From: Felis catus
Taxonomy: Eukaryota
Assembly: GCF_018350175.1 (NCBI RefSeq)
Contig: NC_058369.1
Location: 27,840,001 to 27,904,000 of the forward strand
Direction of reading: 5' to 3'
Length of the DNA: 64,000 bases
In this document: in pieces, positions 24,934 to 35,120 of the stretch
How positions within the stretch are numbered: position 1 is the first letter of the stretch
Layout of the letters: each line of letters opens with the position of its first letter
Position numbers and translations under genes: made by a program
Notes under the pieces: model-generated
The model's input: only the letters and a program-made list of their open reading frames with translations
Database searches by the model: none
Told to the model about the DNA's origin: nothing

Positions 24934-27900
24934 AAAAAGAAAAGGTAGATGACCTAAATAGATAAAATCATGAATTAAAATGGAATTATTATAACTAATC
25001 CCTCAGAAATACAAGCAATTATCAGGGAATACTATGAAAAATTATATGCCAACAAACTGGATAACCTGGAAGAAATGGACAAATTCCTAAACACCCACAC
25101 GCTTCCAAAACTCAATCAGGAGGAAATAGAAAGCTTGAACAGACCCATAAGCAGTGAAGAAATTGAATCAGCCATCAAAAATCTCCCAACAAATAAGAGT
25201 CCAGGACCAGATGGCTTCCCAGGGGAGTTCTACCAGACGTTTAAAGCAGAGATAATACCTATCCTTCTCAAGCTATTCCAAAAAATAGAAAGGGAAGGAA
25301 AACTTCCAGACTGATTCTATGAAGCCAGTATTACTTTGATTCCTAAACCAGACAGAGACCCAGGAAAAAAAGAACTACAGGCCAATATCCCTAATAAATA
25401 TGGATGCAAAAATTCTCAACAAGATACTAGCAAATCAAATTCAACAGCATATAAAAAGAATTATTCACCATGATCAAGTGGGATTCATTCCTGGGATGCA
25501 GGGCTGGTTCAACATTCACAAATTAATTAACATGATACATCACATTAATACAAGAAAATATAAGAACCATATGATCCTGTCAATTGATACAGAAAAGGTC
25601 TTTGACAAAATTCAGCAACCTTTCTTAATAAAAACCCTCAAGAAAGTCGGGATAGAAGGAACATACTGAAAGATCATAAAAGTCATTTATGAAAAGCCCA
25701 CAGCTAACATCATCCTCAATGGGGAAAAACTGAGAGCTTTCCCCCTGAGATCAGGAACATGACAGGGATGTCCACTCTCACCGCTGTTGTTTAACATTGT
25801 GTTGGAAGTGTTAGCGTCAGCAATCAGACAACAATAGGAAATCAAAGGCATCAAAATTGGCAAAGACGAAGTCAAGCTTTCGCTTTTTGCAGATGACATA
25901 TTATACATGGAAAATCCGATAGACTCCACCAGAAGTCTGCCAGAACTGATACATGAATTTAGCAAAGTTGCAGGATACAAAATCAATGTACAGAAATCAG
26001 TTGCATTCTTATACACTAATAATGAAGCAACAGAAAGACAAATAAAGAAACTGATCCCATTCACAATTGCTCCAAGTAGCATAAAATACCTAGGAATAAA
26101 TCTAACCAAAGTTGTAAAAGATCTGTATGCTGAAAACTATAGAAATCTTATGAAGGAAATTGAAGAAGATATAAAGAAATGGAAAAACATTCCATGCTCA
26201 TGGATTGGAAGAATAAATATTGTCAAAATGTCCATACTACCCAAAGCTAGCTACACATTCAATGCAATCCCAATCAAAATTGCACCAGCATTCTTCTCGA
26301 AACTAGAACAAGCAATCCTAAAATTCATATGGAACCACAAAAGGCCCCGGATAGCCAAAGGAATTTTGAAGAAGAAGACCAAAGCAGGAGGCATCACAAT
26401 CCCAGACTTTAGCCTCTACTACAAAGCTGTCATCATCAAGACAGCATGGTATTGGCACAAAAACAGACACATAGACCAATGGAATAGAATAGAAACCCCA
26501 GAACTAGACCCACAAATGTATGGCCAACTCATCTTTGACAAAGCAGGAAAGAACATCCAATGGAAAAAAGACAGTCTCTTTCACAAATGGTGCTGGGAGA
26601 ACTGGAGAGCAACATGCAGAAGATTGAAACTAGACCACGTTCTCACCCCATTCACAAAAATAAACTCAAAATGGATAAAGGACCTAAATGTGAGACAGGA
26701 AACCATCAAAACCCTAGAGGAGAAAGCAGGAAAAGACCTCTCTGACCTCAGCCGTAGCAATTTCTTACTTGACACATCCCCAAAGGCAAGGGAATTAAAA
26801 GCAAAAATGAACTACTGGGACCTTATGAAGCTAAAAAGCTTCTGCACAGCAAAGGAAACAACCAACAAAACTAAAAGGCAACCAACAGAATGGGAAAAGG
26901 TATTTGCAAATGACATATCGGACAAAGGGCTAGTATCCAAAATCTATAAAGAGCTCACCAAACTCCACACCTGAAAAACAAATAACCCAGTGAAGAAATG
27001 GGCAGAAAACATGAATAGACACTTCTCTAAAGAAGACATCCGGATGGCCAACAGGCACATGAAAAGATGCTCAACGTTGTTCCTCATCAGGGAAATACAA
27101 ATCAAAACCACACTCAGGTATCACCTCACGCCAGTCAGAGTGGCCAAAATGAACAAATCAGGAGACTATAGATGCTGGAGAGGATGTGGAGAAACGGGAA
27201 CCCTCTTGCACTGTTGGTGGGAATGCAAATTGGTGCAGCCACTGTGGAAAACAGTGTGGAGGTTCCTCAAAAAATTAAAAATAGACCTACCCTATGACCC
27301 AGCAACAGCACTGCTAGCAATTTACCCAAGGGATACAGGAGTACTGATGCATAGGGCCACTTGTATCCCAATGTTTATAGCAGCACTCTTAACAATAGCC
27401 AAATTATGGAAAGAGCCTCAATGTCCATCAACTGATGAATGGATAAAGAAATTGTGGTTTATATACACAATGGAGTTCTACGTGGCAATGAGAAAGAATG
27501 AAATATGGCCCTTTGTAGCAACATGGATAGAACTGGAGAGTGTGATGCTAAGTGAAATAAGCCATACAGAGAAAGAAAGATACTATATGTTTTCACTCTT
27601 ATGTGGATCCTGAGAAACTTAACAGAAACCCATAGGGGAGGGGAAGGAAAAAAAAAAAAGAGGTTAGAGTGGGAGAGAGCCAAAGCCTAAGAGACTCTTA
27701 AAAACTGAGAACAAACTGAGGGTTGATGGGGGTGGGAGGGAGGGGAGGGTGGGTGATGGGTATCGAGGAGGGCACCTTTTGGGATGAGCACTGGGTGTTG
27801 TATGGAAACCAATTTAACAATAAACTTCATATATTGAAAAAAATAATAAATAAATAAATAACTTTTAATGAAAAAAATGAATAAAACATTTAGAAAAATT

Positions 27901-28346
27901 TTTAAAAAAGGAAAATCTGTCATTTGCAATGACAGAGATGAATATGGAGGGAATTATGATGCTAACAAACAAGTCAAACTCATAAAAACAGTGTAGAAAA
28001 ATAGTTGCCAAAGGCGAGAGGTGGGGGAAATAGGGAGAGGTTGGCAAAGTGATATGAATTTTTGGTTATAAGATGAATAAGGTCTGAGGATCTAGGGTAT
28101 AGCATGATGACTATAGTTGATAACACTGTATTATATAATTAAAATTTTCTAAGAGAATGGAACTTAATATTCTCACCAAGAAAAGAAATTTTAAAAAAAG
28201 CAGGGAAATTAAAAAAGATAAAGAAAAAATATGGCCTCAGAATACTGCTTTCCAAAACTCAAATACCTCTAACTGGCAAAAAATTAATAATAATAATAAA
28301 ATACACACACACACACACACACACACACAGATACACACACAGACAT

Positions 28347-28570
28347 GAGATGCCTGGGTGCCTCAGTCGGTTGAGCATCTGACTTAGGTTCAGGTCATGA
28401 TCTCACAGATCCTAAGTTTGAGCTCTGCATCAGGCTCTGTGATGACAGAGCTATCAGCACAGAGCCTGGAGCCTGCTTTGGATTCTGAGTTTCCCTCACT
28501 CTCTGTCCCTTCCCTGTTCATGCTCTCTCAACAATAAACATTAACAATTTTTTAATAATAATAATTAAAA
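28347..28570 (+). mobile_element. Can-SINE preceded by (CA)n
   Basis: tgcctgggtgcctcagtcggttgagc head and aataaa tail; (CA)n at 28303-28340. Confidence 0.9.
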
Positions 28571-28574
28571 ACAT

Positions 28575-28706
28575 AAATCACATCCAGACCCCTAGCTGTA
28601 AGGGAGTCTGGAAATGTAGCTTTTGGCTTTCCCACTTTTTGGTAGAGGAAAGCACAGGAGAATGGGATTAGAAAGTCTCCTCAGAGTCCCATCACCATGT
28701 CTACAC
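28575..28706 (-). mobile_element. Ancient ERVL/MaLR-type LTR fragment
   Basis: tcacatccagacccctagctgtaagggagtctggaaatgtagc matches the remembered MLT1-class motif cctagctgcaagggaggctgggaaatgtag. Confidence 0.55.
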
Positions 28707-29344
28707 TGGCAGGTATGCCATCCAAGAGGCAGCTCTGAATTAAAGGGTATAGGAACCAAAAAACAGGCAAGACCAAATGCAGGGACATGACAGACAAGGG
28801 GTCAAATGGAGAACCAAGAATAATTTAGTACAATGAAAGTGAAGGGAATATTCAGGATCAAGAGAAGGTATGAAGTTGGGGAGGCATGAAAAGGGTCAAA
28901 GAAAGTGTCTATTACCTCAGCTTAAAAGCATTCTCAGCCTAAACTAGATATCCTTCTTGAGCTTCCAAGAAAGCCTTGAACAACTCTCAACTACTGTGTT
29001 TATTACACAGAACTGTAACCATTCATTTTCTTGGATGCTATACTGCTCCCCTCAAGAATGAGAATGGGAGGTCAAGTTACATCCTAAAGAACTTCATTCA
29101 AGAATGAACATCCTAGTGATTAAAAAACAATCAATAACCTTCCTAACAAGGAAAAACGCAAGGATTTTCCTACCTTAAGTACCTTTCATTATAAAAACTG
29201 GTTGATAACAGATTACAGATTGGTAACACAATTAAGAATATATCCCTACACATTATTGCTATGCATTTATACATAGATGGGCAATTGTTTTTAACTGAGT
29301 GGTCATCCTTGCATTTTGATTATAGCACCTAATTTTCCTGTAAA

Positions 29345-29660
29345 GAAGCACAGCACCACCCACCGCAAGAGGGGAGTCATGTGAAGTACTTGACCTCAAC
29401 TCTGGGGTTTTAGGTGGGCACATGATCTGGATAGGCCAGTGGGAGTTCTCTGTGGGACTCTTGCTATGAGATACTGGGAAAAAATTCTTCTGCTGGGGAT
29501 GCTGCTACTGGTAAGATGTAGCAGCCTCATGTTGCCAATGACTACCACAAGGTAGTAGGTATACAAAATAGAAGCCAACATAGCAGTAGAGCCCAAACAT
29601 ACAGAGCTAAGAGATTCTTAACAACATCATTTTGGGTACCTGGATCATGGTACCCAAACC
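29345..29660 (+). mobile_element. MLT1-like MaLR LTR relic
   Basis: gggcacatgatctggataggccagt..gaagccaaca..acaacatcattttgggtacctggatc. Confidence 0.55.
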
Positions 29661-29698
29661 TACCACGGGCCAATACATATATGTGTATATATTATATA

Positions 29699-29708
29699 CC
29701 ATATATAT

Positions 29709-29751
<43 letters not shown>

Positions 29752-30900
29752 GAATCCAACCTGCAGTGATTAGAATACCAAGTGTCACACAGTTTAACTG
29801 GTATTTTCCAACCATTAGCAAGTGACATTTTAATTATGTATATTTTATTAACAGGTCACGTATGATTTCTGTCCTGTGCTACCAAAAGAAACTCTTGTTA
29901 TTCTATTTACTACAGCTATACTACTGATTGAAGAAATGGCAAGGACTGAAAGCAATGGAAGAATGGAACTCAGTTTGAGAGACATCAGTCTGTCAGTGAT
30001 CCGCCATGCAGCCATTAGAAGGGCAGACAATGGGGGAGACACAGCAATCACCTGACCCTTACTTAAGAGAATTAAAGAAAAATACAAGCCTTTTACTTGT
30101 CTGTAGTCACAGAGAATTGATTAAAAGTAAATTATCATTACTAAAATGGCTTCAGAGTCCTTCAAGTTTGTGGGAATTACAAATGTTTTGAAGGAAAAAA
30201 GATTACTTCAATTTTTCCTCAAAGATATTAGTTGCATAGAAATCATTGACACTGAAACAGCCTAATTCCCCTTAAAAAATCATTGAAGATTTCCCAAATG
30301 ATCAAGCCAAGGGAGATACTGAACGATCACAGCAAGAAGGCCTCATCACTAAAAGTACATAAATACCAGAGGATCAGCCAGTAAAACACAGAAAGAGCTG
30401 CTCTCATCTAGAATGGCCTTTGCTTGTCATTCAAATTCATAAAAAATGCCTAAAATCTGTCAGTACAGTAGCTTCTAAGTGATATGTCAACAAATATATT
30501 CACTGAGAATACTTATTCTGCCTAGAGCCAATGTTTTTATAAAAACACCCTAAAGAGTCAACTGTTAAATCAATAAAATGAATGTTTTGAGCAGGTGTTT
30601 GGAATCGTGCTGATTTATCCATATTTTCCAGTTTAATTTCCACATTTACCATCAAACTTCTGCAAGAAAACATAAAATATACCTGGAAGTATTATGCTCC
30701 TCATAAATACGAAGACAGTTGTACTAAACATATCTGTACCGGTAAGGGGGATTCATAAATCACTTTCATTTGCTTAAATCCTTAAAGTTTTCTGTTAAAC
30801 CCATAGTGGTTGGAATGCCAAGTGTCACCCAGTTTAAATGGTATTTTCAAGCCATTAGCAGGTGACATTTTAATTAGGTATATTTATGAGAAACACAAGA
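29699..30900. mobile_element. Probable Tc2/Kanga-like TcMar DNA transposon relic
   Basis: 81-bp subterminal direct repeat (29765-29845 and 30805-30885); internal decayed frame ..IITKMASESFKFVGITNVL.. resembles a pogo/Tc2 transposase C-terminal motif; family assignment from memory. Confidence 0.5.
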
Positions 30901-31030
30901 AGAAGTAGAAGATGAGTAAGGAATGAAAACTGAACCAGACTCATGAAAAAAGAAAAGAACTACTATCCATTCCTTTTAAACTTTTAGCATACACAACAGT
31001 GTAACTTAGCAGTCAAGAATATAAGACCGA

Positions 31031-31256
31031 GGGGCACCTGGGTGGCTGAGTTGGTTAAGCATCTGACTCCTGGTTTTGGCTCAGGTCATGATCTCACAGT
31101 TCATGAGTTCGAGCCCCATATTGGGCTCTGTGCTAACAGCATGGAGCCTGCTTCAGATCCTCCCTCTCCCTTTCTGTCTGCCCCTGCCCTGCTTACTCAT
31201 TCTCTCATTCTCTCTCTCTCTCCCTCTCTCTATGCATAAATAAACTTAAAAAAAAT
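31031..31256 (+). mobile_element. Can-SINE inserted in a MIR relic (about 30997-31480)
   Basis: TSD gaatataaga[c/t]cga at 31017-31030 and 31257-31270. Confidence 0.95.
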
Positions 31257-31927
31257 GAATATAAGATCGAAAGCCAGTCTTTCCCAGCTCAAATTATAGT
31301 GGTGGCATGTACCACTGGCAAGACACTGAACAAGTTATATAGACTACATCTGCTTCCATAGGGATAATACCAGTACCTATTGCATGAGGCTATTGTAGAA
31401 ACAGAATTGGTATTGCTTAACCACCATTTTGCATAGGGCCCAAGAAGAAAGAAGTGTTCAATAAGCGCTAGCTATTACTACATTATTTGTAACCTTGCTA
31501 CTGGGTAAAAGGCAAACAGTGGTAGGAAATTGTTGTTTCAAATTTTATTTATATATTTATATTTCTGCTTGCATCAGACATGATGCAAGACATTCAAAAA
31601 TATATGCACAAGAAGTAAAATTGTCCAACTTAAGACCACAGATTAAACAAATAAAACAAAGATAGACAAAAACAGGAGCAGAAGTGAAATGAAGAATAAG
31701 AGTTATAGACATGGTTGCCATCATCAAAATCAACTACAAACTTTTCTTAGGCTTTCTGGCAACCAACACAAGGAATAAAACTAAGTTTGTAGCATAATTT
31801 TCAGTATGCATGAGATCAGAATCCACTAAAGGTCTAGGAGGACTACAATGACTGTGTGAGAGATAGCAAACATACAGAACTAATGCCTACAAATGAAAAG
31901 TATGTCTGGAGAAGCACAGAATAACCA

Positions 31928-32377
31928 TGTAGTAGCACTGTTGGACTCAATTCTTTACCTCTCCCTGCATCCATACCTGTGCCAGGGTCCCTGGGTCCAT
32001 ATGTGTTCCCCTGACCCTTAACTTTGAACCTGGTCTTAGGATTTTCTTTGGCCTTGATATATGGGAAGGAATGATAATGTGTTCTAAGTTCCAGTCCTCG
32101 GTCTTAAAAGGCCTTAAGGATTTCTGCTTGCATTACTCCATCTCTGCCTCAGCATAAGGAAATCAGATGGGTAGTCTTGTTGCTAGTCTAAAAAGTATGA
32201 AAGACAGGAAACAGAATTGGACCCTGCAGTCTGAAGAAGAGCCACCCTCTTGAGCCCAGCCTAGATCAGCCAAGCCCCAGATGACTCACAAAGACATAAG
32301 CAGTAATAAATAATAGTTGGCTTAAGCCTCTTGAGTTTTGGGGGTGATTTGCTCTGCAGCAATGGCAAACTAATACA
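31928..32377 (+). mobile_element. MLT1 (MaLR) solo LTR
   Basis: TGT...ACA termini; typical 3' end aataaataatagttggcttaagcctcttgagttttgggggtgatttgct..gcagcaatggcaaactaataca. Confidence 0.8.
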
Positions 32378-34090
32378 ACAACCAAATGACAATTCTTAAA
32401 GCAGTTTATGCATTGGCAACTAAAAGTCAAAAATAGGTATTGTAAATGGATTACCATGACCCATATTAAAAAAAAAGCAGCATATAGAGTATTGGTATAT
32501 ACAATTGAGTCTGTAGTTGATTTTGATGATGAAAGCTATGTCTATGATTCTAATTGAAGCTCACAGCTTCAATTTATAACCTTAAGTAACCTTGTTATCG
32601 CTATTATAACTTCTGAAGCCCATAATAATTAATATAAGTAAAATCAAATGGCTGTTGTTGCTCACCATACTAAATGAAAGTGCCCCAATAGTCACCAAAA
32701 CTGAATAATAGGTTTGAGTTAATTGTTGTCCAAATTCATAAGCAAAATAACTGGAGGATGAGATGTGAAGGGGGAAGGTGGTTATAACTTAAAGAGACCA
32801 ACAAGTTCCAGAGTAGCACAGGGCAGGACAAGCGGCCCATATGTCTGGTGCCCAAGAGAGGTGTCATATGTATGAAGATGTAATGGTTACAGAAATCATT
32901 ATCTTCAAGTGTGCACATAACTTGAAAGTCACAAGGGCATATGCTCCAAATGGTTGTGATGATCCAAAATCAGGTTGCTTCTTACATAGGCAACTCTATC
33001 CAGTGTGCATAGAACAGAGAAATAGTAGGGATTTATTTATTTAAACATGGTAATTCTTACTCATGAGCAAGGCTAATAACTATAATAACAATAGTAATAG
33101 CTAACACCTACTCATAACTATGGATGTACAAGGCTCTACGCTAAACACTAGCCATGAATTATTCCATTCATTTCATGTAATATTCATGATATGGACTTGG
33201 TAAGCCAAGAAGGTGGGTACTTTTATTTCCTTCTCCAATCCCCTGTGCCCTTTGATCTCACACTTTTTATGGACAAATACTCTGTAGCTTGAAGAGGTAA
33301 ATGACTTGCCTGTGGTCATACAAATACTCCTCTTTTAAGAGGAGACAGTGGACAAAATTAGAATAGATATGCTCGATTACTATTTGTTTTAGATAAGTCT
33401 TCAACATTTTCTGGGTTGATTGACATTTTAATTTTTTCCTTAAATACCACGCTTCCTTAATTTCAACTGGTCTGTGAAAATAGCTTGCCAAATAGAAAGT
33501 ACTTTGTAAGTGGAAAGAAGTGTGATACACTCTGAATATCTCCCAACTGGTTTAGAGAGAAAACATAAATTCCAATAATATTGTTTTAGAATATCCTACC
33601 GGTCCAGATTTATTCAAAGGACTTTGGCCTAATACCCCAACATTACCCTTTAGCTAGCTCTGACCCATGTGAAATCCTCTTTCTGTGTTCTCATTGTCAG
33701 ATGGACAACCTACAATATATTTCTCCTTTGAATTACTTTATACCGAAAATAATACACAGATCTCAGTGTTATAGGAAATTGCAGTGTTGAACACACAAGG
33801 CTTCTTGCCTAATTTCTCTCGAATCTTGTTTCTGTCTTGTCACCTCAAACAGAGGACATATGTTGCACTCATATTATATGTAAATTATGTACAAGTTTTA
33901 TCACTTGGACTTGCATATTGTCCAATGATTTCAAACAATGGCATGTGAGGCATATGATAATAGCCATAAACCTTATTAGAAATTAAATGAAAACCTAGAG
34001 AACATTGGATAGAAACATTTCTAAAGTATTTTTCTTCAAATTTAACTCCTATGACTCAAATCAGACCTGCTGTTTAAACACAATGAACCC

Positions 34091-34247
34091 ACTGAGGATT
34101 GATGGGGGGTGGGGGGGAGGGGAAAGTGGGTGATGGGCATTGAGGAAGGCACCTGTTGGGATGAGCACCAGGTGTTATATGGAAACCAATTTGACAATAA
34201 ATTTCATATAAAATAAAACAAAAAATTAAATTAAATTAAATTAAATT
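34091..34247 (+). mobile_element. 5'-truncated felid L1 3' UTR fragment
   Basis: Matches L1 3' UTR at about 27715-27835; (TTAAA)n tail; perfect TSD aacacaatgaaccc at 34077-34090 and 34248-34261. Confidence 0.93.
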
Positions 34248-34952
34248 AACACAATGAACCCTGCAAAATCATGCAGTTCTACGAGATAGGCATTCTGGTC
34301 CACAATGTTCATTAATTATCAGAAACTAAAGCAAACAGAATTCACACATGCAAAGTGATAGCAGAGATGGGTCTACTTGATATAACACCTTGACTGAAGT
34401 GATGATCACTGGCACAAGGAGTAGCTTCTTAGCTATTTCAGAAACAAAATAATCCCCACTAATATCTCAAAACACCAGGTTGTCCAGTTTTCTCTCTCAA
34501 AAGTTATGAATCCTACATTGTAACCACTGATTCACAAAGTAAAATTTTGTTGTTCCTTCCCTTTATGACTTAAATGCTCCCCAAGAACAGTGAATAAACT
34601 GTGAGGTATGATGAACCATCAAAAAGTTCTAGAAATTAAAAAAAAAAGTTCTAGAAATTTCATATTACCTCCCTTCAGATATTTTGGAAAACCCAACAGG
34701 AGCATGCAACTTTTGAAACCAAAAGGTGTATTACTTCCCACATTTTATCTACTATATGATATAAAATAACTATGTTATCATAATGTCAAAATAAATAACT
34801 TAGCCAAGCCATAACTTCGCTGGCTACAGGTTACATGTGTTGGCAAACCAACTCAAGCTAACTTAAGTAAAATAAAGGCAGGGGATGGGGGTAGGCAGTT
34901 AATTAACACACATGACAAGAGGTGAGGAAACAAAATTTAGAACGGGCCCAGG

Positions 34953-35120
34953 CAGTGGTGGTTTGGAAATGTCTAACAATATATTCAATTTTTTTAATGG
35001 AGGGGGGCTGATTTGTGGCAATTGCCAATTTAAAGCCACCAACATGTCATGAACCAGCTCACAAAATTCCTGAAAATGTAACAAAAGGTTCATGTGATGC
35101 TATGAGTTAGCTCCATACCA
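34953..35120 (+). mobile_element. MER63-like hAT-Blackjack element within an MLT1-like LTR relic (about 34800-35450)
   Basis: cagtggtg..ctgatttgtggcaattgccaattt..accaacatgtca..gctcacaaaattcctgaaaatgtaacaa. Confidence 0.65.

Larger units (their letters stand above)
22149..27613 (+). pseudogene. L1 ORF2p (EN, RT, C-terminal Cys domain), disrupted
   Basis: EN motifs LNVNGLN, CLQETH, NVYAP, SKIDH, SDHN; SPGPDGF; QVGFIPG; FADD at about 25886-25897; CWRGCGE..HCWWEC; interrupted at 23212-23443 and 23547-24933; multiple stops and frameshifts. Confidence 0.97.
20283..27872 (+). mobile_element. Full-length felid LINE-1 (inactive), interrupted by a SINE and a second L1
   Basis: CpG-rich 5' UTR, ORF1, ORF2, G-rich 3' UTR, AATAAA and A-tail; TSD aaaaat[a/g]aataaaaca at 20267-20282 and 27873-27888. 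Confidence 0.97.
19561..28221 (+). mobile_element. Old L1 (L1MA-type) 3' fragment split by nested insertions; own sequence 19561-20127 and about 27908-28221
   Basis: Decayed ORF2 C-terminus (MANKYTKRYSASLIIKEAQVKTT..) resumes after the nest (gaaaatctgtcatttgcaatgaca..) into an L1MA-type 3' UTR; 18-bp TSD agaaaaaa[a/t]atggcctca at 19543-19560 and 28222-28239. Confidence 0.85.

Noticed and set aside
21232..27929. Minus-strand ORFs of 60-162 aa across the L1
   Set aside because: These are the usual antisense frames of A-rich L1 coding sequence, with no independent support.
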